Of a stretch of 64,000 nt of DNA, positions 30,612 to 38,643 are shown piece by piece. The notes beneath the pieces were generated by a model. The model had not been told where the DNA came from and searched no databases. It saw only the letters and a list, made by a program, of their open reading frames with translations. This DNA comes from a plasmid, in the sequence record NZ_MK262712.1; one strand, given 5' to 3'. Positions within the stretch are counted from its first letter, which is position 1; every line of letters starts with the position of its first letter. A program made the translations under genes and the position numbers.

Positions 30612-31283
30612 TCAGGTCAATCTGCTTTGATAAGTGCGAACTGCAGTGTTCAGTTCATTAACATAGCGCTCAAATTCACCGACGGCATACATCAGAAACC
30701 GATCATCCATAAGTATGTCATTAAACATGTTAATGGACACACCGGCGTTCTCAGCCATCGTACGAGGAATAGCACGCAGGAGACGTTTTTCATATTCAGT
30801 TTTTTTTGTTTTTTTACAGGAAAGAGTCTTATAATCTTCTGCAACACCATCGCTATGAGCCATGATGTTTCGGATAACTGCCAGGTGATCGACATCCTTG
30901 ATGCTTTTACCGCCGAAGTTGCGTTTGAGACGCTTGTGGCAATCTTCAACGGTTTTGCGTGTTTTGTCTGTAGTCTTGCACGAAAGGTCGTCCATAAGTT
31001 CGAGGCAATCAACCATACGGTGTTCGAACAGACCAAAAATGGTAAGAAATACGGAGCGGCGGGTCAACTGCGCGATCAGATGTTTGTATTTAGACCTAAC
31101 TTCATCTTCATCATAGCCAAAGCACGAACCGCATGAATAGTAAGTGCATGGAAACGTTGTAATTCGACCATCTTCATGATGTTGTTCCTCCGGAAATTCC
31201 CCTGACTCAACTGCTTCTGGCTTATCAGCATCAATTAGTGCACGGGATATATTCGCTTCTGCCTGCTCAACAAGCATCTTCAT
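30612..31283 (-). CDS. hypothetical protein with HEPN-like Rx4H motif
   Basis: 224 aa from MKMLVEQ. Contains VIRNIMAHSDG (R-x4-H). Lies downstream of the GIY-YIG gene on the same strand. Confidence 0.35.
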   Translation of the reverse strand: MKMLVEQAEANISRALIDADKPEAVESGEFPEEQHHEDGRITTFPCTYYSCGSCFGYDEDEVRSKYKHLIAQLTRRSVFLTIFGLFEHRMVDCLELMDDLSCKTTDKTRKTVEDCHKRLKRNFGGKSIKDVDHLAVIRNIMAHSDGVAEDYKTLSCKKTKKTEYEKRLLRAIPRTMAENAGVSINMFNDILMDDRFLMYAVGEFERYVNELNTAVRTYQSRLT

Positions 31284-31356
31284 GACAGATATTGAAGAGA
31301 TTGCTTCCTGTAACTTTAAGCTAAAAAAAAATTTTGCCACGCCCTGAATTTCCTTT

Positions 31357-32190
31357 TTAGTTTCGGTTATAGCCAAACTCCCGTGAGAGCAGTATTTGTT
31401 TCCAGTGAGTTTCGCGACGGTCAATTTCACCTTTTTCGGCATTAAGATCCATGACTTCAAGGATCGAGAAAGTAATATTCTGCAGTCGATTTTCATCGCC
31501 TGTCCCGAAAGCTTCCTTAAGCCCTAAATTGCCGCCATGTTCGGAACCAAAGTAATATTTCCATCGGCCCCATATCCCATCGATTCCATCTGCTTTCCCA
31601 ACGTAAAGTTTTCCCCCGTCCCGATCGGTTAATACATAGATGCCTTTAACAACGGACAACGCGGTGCGCCAGGATTTCAGATTAAGTCTGAGGATCGCGC
31701 CGATGCTGTTTCGGTCCAGCACAACGTTGCGGTAGCCGGGAAACTCGCCGAAGGTCAGACGTACCGGGGTGATTGAGCTGATAACCAGTTCGCTCTGTAT
31801 ACTTTCACCGAGGCGAATGAAGTTGCGGGCTGTATTTTTAAAGCTGATATACATCCTTCCTGCGTATTCTTCAGTCTCAGGAAGTTTCTCAAGGAGGTAT
31901 TGATAATACAGTTCCTCACGACCTGGATAGGCTTTCTTTCCCGCATTGCCTTTCTGCTGAAATGCTCCCGCAAATAGCCAGGTTTCCGTCCCCGGGATCC
32001 TAATCAGTGAAACGACATATCTTCGGTTAAACTCCAGCCGCTTCTGCCAGCACTGCCATTCATCAAAAGTCTCTGCACGGAATTTAACCAACGGATCCTC
32101 TTTATAATCATTAATTTGTGCAAGGTGGACTTTGGTATCTTCAGGCGTAAGGCCAGGAAACTCCATCTTCAGATAATCAAAAAGCTTCAT
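31357..32190 (-). CDS. GIY-YIG nuclease domain protein (C-terminal GIY-YIG, unknown N-terminal domain)
   Basis: KGIYVLTDRDGGKLYVGKA (GIY...YVG), followed by a conserved Arg (GRWKYY), a Glu and an Asn (ENRLQN). Confidence 0.5.
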   Translation of the reverse strand: MKLFDYLKMEFPGLTPEDTKVHLAQINDYKEDPLVKFRAETFDEWQCWQKRLEFNRRYVVSLIRIPGTETWLFAGAFQQKGNAGKKAYPGREELYYQYLLEKLPETEEYAGRMYISFKNTARNFIRLGESIQSELVISSITPVRLTFGEFPGYRNVVLDRNSIGAILRLNLKSWRTALSVVKGIYVLTDRDGGKLYVGKADGIDGIWGRWKYYFGSEHGGNLGLKEAFGTGDENRLQNITFSILEVMDLNAEKGEIDRRETHWKQILLSREFGYNRN

Positions 32191-32526
32191 TTCCTCTCCA
32201 TAAAAATCAATTGAGTCTGTTAACTCTTTGCTGTGACTTCACGTTACACGCCAGCATTCTGGTAAGCGGTTAACCCTAAATTAACTTGATTTGTTATCAG
32301 CATCGTTGCCTCCCGGCCGTTAACTTACTCACGTCTAAATAAGGTCCCACCTCCACCTGCAACCTGTTTTCATAACTGTGGTTGTATAGATTGTCAGCTA
32401 TGAGCGAGAAGCGTGCATTTGGATAAATGGTTTATCATTTGAAAGTCCATGAAATCGGCCGATCTCTTCAGGGCGACATTATCAATATGCTTAAAGAACA
32501 ACGGCAGGCGTTAAGCCCACCGTAAC

Positions 32527-32931
32527 TCACCGGAAAAAGTCATCCACCGAATCGCTCCACTCATGTCCGGACAGAGACCAAACCTTGTTAATCGGGGGTG
32601 GGTATCCGCTTCTGCAGTACCCATTTTTTCCCACGAAATCGAACACTGCATGTGGATATCCGTTGATAAGGAGCACGCACTTCTGACTGTCTTCAGACCA
32701 GCCGATTTTAACGTCGGAAGGAATGTGGGCGTCTGATATATCCTCGACATTGTAGATATGCACTGCATCAAGAATCGGGTTCCCTTCTACGGACTCATCG
32801 AGCGCATAGAAATACCCGGTCCGGCCGTCGTCTTCAAATACGGCCGCCAGCATCCCCTCAGGTGCCAGGCTTTTTATGACCTGTGCTTCTCCTACAATGA
32901 GCTGAGCCTGTAGCGTCACTAAAATTGTCAT
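32527..32931 (-). CDS. hypothetical protein (134 aa)
   Basis: Intact ORF 58 bp downstream of the DUF1778 gene. No GNAT motifs. Confidence 0.35.
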   Translation of the reverse strand: MTILVTLQAQLIVGEAQVIKSLAPEGMLAAVFEDDGRTGYFYALDESVEGNPILDAVHIYNVEDISDAHIPSDVKIGWSEDSQKCVLLINGYPHAVFDFVGKNGYCRSGYPPPINKVWSLSGHEWSDSVDDFFR

Positions 32932-32989
32932 ACCGATGACTCTCCTTTCCCTGATTGTTTGTGTTCAGCCGTCAGCGATTCAGGCGCTC

Positions 32990-33268
32990 TCATTCCCATT
33001 GTGATTTGCGGTTCATCAGGTTATCGATTCGCGCCTGGCGCTCCGGCGTTATTGGGGCGTCAAGCTCCTCTATAAACGCCTTAAACTGGTTGTGATTGAG
33101 GAGAAACAGGCGTTGATCAAGCAGAATGTTCTGTGCTTCCCTGCAGGCGACCTCAAGCATAAAATCAGTCAATGATTTTGAGACCAGGCTTGCGGCCATG
33201 TCGATCAGGTCACGCTGTGATTTTCTGACTCGGATACTAATCGGAGCTTCACGAACGTCAGGTTTCAT
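32990..33268 (-). CDS. DUF1778 family (TacA-like) type II antitoxin homolog
   Basis: 92 aa. I recognise this as DUF1778 from memory. RHH-like N-terminal region. C-terminus ends KSQWE. Confidence 0.55.
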   Translation of the reverse strand: MKPDVREAPISIRVRKSQRDLIDMAASLVSKSLTDFMLEVACREAQNILLDQRLFLLNHNQFKAFIEELDAPITPERQARIDNLMNRKSQWE

Positions 33269-33361
33269 AGATACCCCATGTGTAGCAGATTTATATACAA
33301 TTCAACTCTGGCACGCTTCGTCGGTTAGAAACACGAGCTGCATTGTACATTCATGCATCAT

Positions 33362-33574
33362 TCATGACTTATAAAGTTGTATCCAGCTGATAATGTCATC
33401 GAGCTGTTGGTTATCCAGTTGGCCGCAGTTTTCAAAAACAGCTTCAGCGACGTAGCCCACCATTTTCTCGGTTGAAGAGCCTACACCAGCAACTCCCCCC
33501 ATACCCTGTCTGCCCTCATTTGTCAGTACTCTTCTGCCGCTGCCGGTAAGAAACTGCTTCGCTTCGATGTTCAC
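33362..33574 (-). CDS. small hypothetical protein (70 aa)
   Basis: ORF only. Low confidence. Confidence 0.2.
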   Translation of the reverse strand: MNIEAKQFLTGSGRRVLTNEGRQGMGGVAGVGSSTEKMVGYVAEAVFENCGQLDNQQLDDIISWIQLYKS

Positions 33575-34429
33575 TTATTATCTCCCTAACAAAGCTGGTG
33601 TTAATTCTGTTAAAGCGTTCGCCCGTAAGGCCCGTTCGCCACTTTCGGTGATAAGCGTAAGAACAAACCGCGTATCCACGGTATCAGCTCAGAGCTGTAA
33701 CGAACAGCAGCCCCAGGGGAAATAGTCCGGCCAGTACCGGCACCTTACCCTGAATTGATGTCTACTGTATGCGATAAAGTTGGGAAAACTGGCGATGGCC
33801 ATTCTCCTGATTCTGATCGCCGGCAAATGCTGCAGGCAGCAAAAGAACATGCGTAAGACAACATACCCTTAATGGTCCTGACCTTCAACGTGCCCGACCC
33901 GGCCCCCGCCGCGCGGACGAAAAAAAGAGAAAAAATAAAAAAAAAGAAAAAAAGAATATGCCGAAAATGTGCACAGTCGCGACCCACGCAGAGCGTGGCG
34001 CTCCGGGGCAAAGGCTTTGCAGGGCTATAAGGCATGTTGTCTTACGTTTTGAGTGTGATGGTTCGATCCCACCAGCTTTCATGAATTGTCCCGCCGGGTG
34101 GACTGCTATAAAGTGCATACCAGCACTGCAGCCCATGCCGGTGATGATGAATAATTTCATTCAGGCGTGAGTCAAAGATGAGAAAAGACAGCATTACTGA
34201 TATGTTCAGGTCCAGGATGCCTGCCGAAAGTCCTGCATGAAATACTTCATTGCATCCCTCAATGGTCGCGGCCACGTCTTCAATGCCGATGCGCTTTTTG
34301 CCAAATGCGATCGGTTTTTCCAGCCGAAATGTCCGGGTATCCCCTGTCGCTTCCGGCCGGAATTACCGTGCAAATCGACAAGTCTGGAAGCCGTTGTGAT
34401 ACAGAAAAATAGGTTGTAGATCCACTTTA

Positions 34430-34464
34430 TCTTAAAGTTAATGTACGCGTACATTAGCTTTAAG
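34430..34464. promoter_or_regulatory. 35-bp near-perfect palindrome CTTAAAGTTAATGTAC-GCG-GTACATTAGCTTTAAG
   Basis: The arms are complementary at 15 of 16 positions. Lies just downstream of the ORF at 34475-34957. Confidence 0.4.
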
Positions 34465-34474
34465 TTTATGGTAT

Positions 34475-34957
34475 TCACCCTTCTCTCTTCCCGGGTGCCT
34501 TAACCAGGGTCTGATAGTTGCGCTTTACCCGTTCAATTTCCGCCAGAGTTGCAGCCCAGTGCAGCTCTGCTGCATGACGATACCTGGTTGCCATTTTTTC
34601 AACGGCCTCCGGCGTACTGTCAACGCTGCGGTGCTGCCGTCCCTTCACCCCGAAAATTTCCACAATAAGCCACTGGCTACCGGTTCTGCCGAACAAGGCC
34701 TGACACAGCCGCTTCACGGCAAGCGGGGTCAGATCCGGGTCGGGATCATACGCGATGGTGGCAAAAATAAAACGCAGCATCTCGGAGGTTTTGTAGCGTT
34801 TTACCGCTGCCGCCAGCCGGGCAGCTCTTTGCGGCGCTTCCCAGCGGTCGTCGCTGTAACCTGCCACTTCAGAGAGATAGTCCTTTTCGAGCTGTTTAGC
34901 CGTGTAGCAACGTCCCCCCAAAAACATCCGCATAGCTTCTTGCGTTTCAGCTCTCAC
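34475..34957 (-). CDS. hypothetical protein (160 aa)
   Basis: Intact ORF bracketed by two related palindromes. Confidence 0.4.
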   Translation of the reverse strand: MRAETQEAMRMFLGGRCYTAKQLEKDYLSEVAGYSDDRWEAPQRAARLAAAVKRYKTSEMLRFIFATIAYDPDPDLTPLAVKRLCQALFGRTGSQWLIVEIFGVKGRQHRSVDSTPEAVEKMATRYRHAAELHWAATLAEIERVKRNYQTLVKAPGKREG

Positions 34958-34973
34958 GTATCTTTTCCCCAGC

Positions 34974-34995
34974 TAATGCTAATGTACACATACAT
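34974..34995. promoter_or_regulatory. 22-bp palindrome GCTAATGTA-CACA-TACATTAGC upstream of ORF 34475-34957
   Basis: Perfect 9-bp arms sharing the half-site GCTAATGTAC with the downstream palindrome. Preceded by a GCTAAT direct repeat. Confidence 0.4.
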
Positions 34996-36027
34996 TAGCC
35001 TTAGGTTACAGATTACACAACAATCTGGAAAACCTATCTGATTTTGTGTATGTGGCTGTCTCTTTTGAATTATCACTTTTGCGTTCTGGTATAGAGGTAA
35101 CCCCTCCCCCCTCTTTTCCCGCTGGTCTACTGTAGTCGACACAAAAGACAGGAACCTCGGTATGTCCTGATAATATTGTTTGAGTTTTAATCACGAAGCA
35201 GAGGGCATCGCATACAGTAGACACAACGCAGCCAGAATAACGCTCGATGCAAAATGTAGATCGTTGTCGCCTGCAGTAGACATTCCCGGTATCGACACTG
35301 GTGCATCCAATACTGACCCGTTCCCGGATCATGGCAGAGCATCCAGTAGACACGGTATGGAAGGATGTCAGTCCTCACCTTTCCGTCTGTTTTGACTGTG
35401 TCGGAGACGACGGTTGCGGTTATTGATGATGCCTTTGGCCGTCAGGGGAATACCTGTCTGTCAGGTAACTCTGTCGTTACATTTGATGCCCGAAAATCAT
35501 AATTACCACATATTAATCCGGGCATTCCGGAAAATTGTGCCTGCCTGAAGAGTATCAAACGATGCCTGTCTCCCCTCCTCTGAACTATCTGCTCAGTCGC
35601 GAACCTTAACGATAGGGTGATTCAGTTTCGGCAAATGGCAGCATGGTAATGTCAGCCAACAGCGTGCTGGTGAATTTATTGTCGGGCCAGACGAATTCAG
35701 TTTGTCACTGCATACTGCATGCCGGGTAGAGGAGTGAACAACGATCGAACTGAAACAGTTGCAGCGTCGTATGGAGAAAGAATGGGTTGGTTACAGGTGG
35801 TGCTTCGGCCTGTTTCAAACAGTGTCTGACCGGCTTCTGGTAAGTTTTCTCCCTTGCTGTCTGGTGATTCTGTCTTGCCCGGATTGTTGACTATTGATGA
35901 TGATGTTTATCCACAGCTTAGAATAATAACAGAAGCTTAACTAAAGCTAAGTAAAGGACAAAAAGGACTAATAAAAGAATAACGTTTTAGTGAGGCCTTG
36001 AACTACGGGCCTCTCAGGCCATCTCTG

Positions 36028-36180
36028 TCAACGCTGGCGGGTATTCTATCATTGCTGGCGGGTGAACCATCATCGCCAGAGGGTATACCATCAACGCTAA
36101 CGGGGCAATTATCATCGCCAGAGGGTAGATTTTATCAACGCCAGCGGGTAATCTGGTAAAAATATCCACATCCGGGATTT
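36028..36180. repeat. iteron-like direct repeats (about 6 × 21-22 bp) and a DnaA-box-like TATCCACA upstream of repA
   Basis: Repeats tcaacgctggcgggta / tcattgctggcgggtg / tcatcgccagagggta and similar. TATCCACA sits at 36164-36171. Confidence 0.6.
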
Positions 36181-36186
36181 TATAAA

Positions 36187-37071
36187 ATGGCCAATGATAA
36201 CAATCAGTTAGCGCTAATCATCACTGAGCAAGATAAAAGTTCTGGTGAAGTTATACATTTGGTTCCTAACTCAAAACAGAGTATTCAACCCAAATCGCTA
36301 CTGCGATTGGGGGTCTTTGTTCCGACAGTCAAGGATGGCAGTGACCCTATGGCACGAGGTCATGTCATCGATGCAACGACTGAGTTGTGTCGTCTTTCTT
36401 CTATCGCTGGAGAGGGGTACGAAAAGATTAGTATTTTTGGGCCCAGGCTTGATATGGATACGGATTTCAAAGTCTGGCTAGGGATCGTGGACACACTCGC
36501 CAACACATTTCTTGAGCCTGATGGGACTGTTAGGGTCAATTTTATTGATTTTGCTTTCAGTTGTGGGCTTGCTACAAAACGAGTTGATTCAAGGTTAAGG
36601 AAACGTTTTAGCGACTCACTGACACGGATCCAGCACACCCATTTCCAGTTCATCAAAAACTCAACAGTAGAAGGGAAAAAAGTAAAGATCGACATGAGCC
36701 TGGTGTCTACTTCTTACTATGATGAGGGAACCGATGAGGTCATTATCAGGCCAAATCCGGATTTGAATACTCTGTATCGTGTCGACGGGAAGACCCGACT
36801 TTACTTAAAAATATTGAAGACCCTGTCTCGAAAAGAATCAGCCCAGGCACTGTATCTTTATCTAGTTGAATTACCTGACCATTTTTATCGCATTGGATTC
36901 GACCGCTTAAGAGAACGGTTGCAGCTGACTTCACACAAAGGTGCTCAGAATGCGACGATAAAAAAAGCGTTAGAGCAACTGGATGAAGCTGGTTTTTTAA
37001 AATACACGATAGAAAAAAATCGTGGGGATTATGTACTGGTCATTCTTAGTCGAAACAAAAAAGTTACCTGA
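36187..37071 (+). CDS. repA: RepFIB/RepHI-type replication initiator RepA
   Basis: SGEVIHLVPNSKQSIQPKSLLRLGVFVPT and the overall layout match RepFIB-family initiators. Iterons flank both sides. Confidence 0.8.
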   Translation: MANDNNQLALIITEQDKSSGEVIHLVPNSKQSIQPKSLLRLGVFVPTVKDGSDPMARGHVIDATTELCRLSSIAGEGYEKISIFGPRLDMDTDFKVWLGIVDTLANTFLEPDGTVRVNFIDFAFSCGLATKRVDSRLRKRFSDSLTRIQHTHFQFIKNSTVEGKKVKIDMSLVSTSYYDEGTDEVIIRPNPDLNTLYRVDGKTRLYLKILKTLSRKESAQALYLYLVELPDHFYRIGFDRLRERLQLTSHKGAQNATIKKALEQLDEAGFLKYTIEKNRGDYVLVILSRNKKVT

Positions 37072-37214
37072 GTTATTTAGGTAAAATCAGTCATTTACAT
37101 TACACACTGACTCCAGAGTGTAATTTTAAGAGTTCGGGTTTTTAGCTAACGCAGCAAACCGAACCAGGTAATTACCCTCCAGGGATGAGGCTTTACACCA
37201 GCAGCGCCCTGTTT

Positions 37215-38330
37215 ACCCGCCAGCGTTGAAGATGACCACCAGCAGCGACCACGCTTACCCGTCAGCGTTGAGGATGGTCACTGGTATCGCCCCTGTTTAC
37301 CCGCCTGCGTTGAGGATGAGCACCGGCAGCGGCCCCGCTTACCCGCCAGCGTTGAGGATGAGCACCGGCAGCGGCCCACTTTCCCCACCAGCGTTGAGGA
37401 TAGCCACCGTCAGCGGCCCCATTTACCCGCCTGCGTTGAGGTTGAGCACCGGCAGCGGCCACGCTTACCCGCCAGCGTTGAGGATGACTACCGGCAGCGG
37501 TCCCGTTTACCCGCCAGCGTTGAGGATGAGCACCGGCAGCGGATCCGCTTACCCGCCAGCGTTGAGGATGAGCACCGGCAGCGGCCCCGCTTACCCGCCA
37601 GCGTTGAGGATGAGCACCGGCAGCGGCCCACTTTCCCCGCCAGCGTTGAGGATAGCCACCGTCAGCGGCCCCGTTTACCCGCCAGCGTTGAGGATGAGCA
37701 CCGGCAGCGGCCCCGCTTACCCGCCAGCGTTGAGGATGAGCACCTGCAGCAGCCCCGTTTGCCCGCCAGCGTTGAGGATAGCCACCGTCAGCGGCCCCGT
37801 TTACCCGCCAGCGTTGAGGATGAGCACCGGCAGCGGCCCCGCTTACCCGCCAGCGTTGAGGATAAGCACCGCGGCGGTCCCGTTTATCCGTCAGCGGTCA
37901 CGTTTGCCCGCCAGCGTTGAGGATGAGCACCTGCAGCGGCCCCGCTTACCCGCCAGCGTTGAGGATGAGCACCTGCAGCGGCCCCGCTTACCCGCCAGCG
38001 TTGAGGATGAGCACCGGCAGCAGCCCCGCTTACCCGCCAGCGTTGAGGATAAGCACCGTCAGCGCCCCCGTTTGCCCGCCAGCGTTGAGGATGAGCACCG
38101 GCAGCGGCCACGTTTACCCGCCAGCGTTGAGGATAGCCACCATCAGCGGCCACGCTTACCCGCCAGCGTTGAGGATAGCTACCATCAGCGGTCACGTTTA
38201 CCCGCCAGCGTTGAGGAGGAGCACCGGCAGCGGCCCTGTTTGCCCGCCAGCGTTGAGGATGAGCACCGGTAGCGGATCCGTTTACCCGCCAGCGTTGAGA
38301 ATGATTCCCCTCTACCGACCCCGTTAACAC
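37215..38330. repeat. tandem array of about 26 imperfect 42-bp repeats (ttacccgccagcgttgaggatgagcaccggcagcggccccgc)
   Basis: Read directly. The core tacccgccagcgttga is the reverse complement of the upstream iteron core. The long ORFs on both strands here are artefacts. Confidence 0.85.
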
Positions 38331-38605
38331 GCCAGCTTTGACACTACCAGCGACTACAGTCGACATTAAAATCGCCGTGACCTGCTGCAGCGTGATATAC
38401 GCCCGGCTGGCATCAAAAGAATCTTAACCAAACAGCACACATCCAGCGGTACAGGAGGCCAGGTTTAACCCGGGGCAGAAACAGATTGATCTATAGCGAC
38501 TTGTTAGGATCATTTAGCAAAAACCAATCCCGAAAGGCCTGCTTGCTATCGAAGGTGGGAAGGTTATGTATGGACAAGTTCCAGTTAATGATTTTCACTA
38601 TAAAA

Positions 38606-38643
38606 GGGGAGCCCGCAGAATTCGGAAAAAATCGTACGCTAAG
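38606..38643. mobile_element. 38-bp terminal inverted repeat of the Tn21/Tn1721-subfamily transposon (tnpA end)
   Basis: GGGGAGCCCGCAGAATTCGGAAAAAATCGTACGCTAAG. The tnpA stop codon lies inside it. Confidence 0.7.

Noticed and set aside
34040-34070. tRNA-like GGTTCGATCCC T-loop motif
   Set aside because: The flanking sequence does not form a T-stem, an acceptor stem or a CCA-proximal structure, and no cloverleaf can be drawn. Treated as a chance match.
37215-38330. Possible CRISPR array
   Set aside because: The repeats are directly tandem with no unique spacers, the 42-bp period is wrong, and there are no cas genes. They are iterons.
37226-38366. Long ORFs on both strands (348 aa, 160 aa, 136 aa) with repetitive PPALRMSTGSGP-type translations
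   Set aside because: They are translations of the 42-bp tandem iteron array and hence periodic artefacts, not genes.
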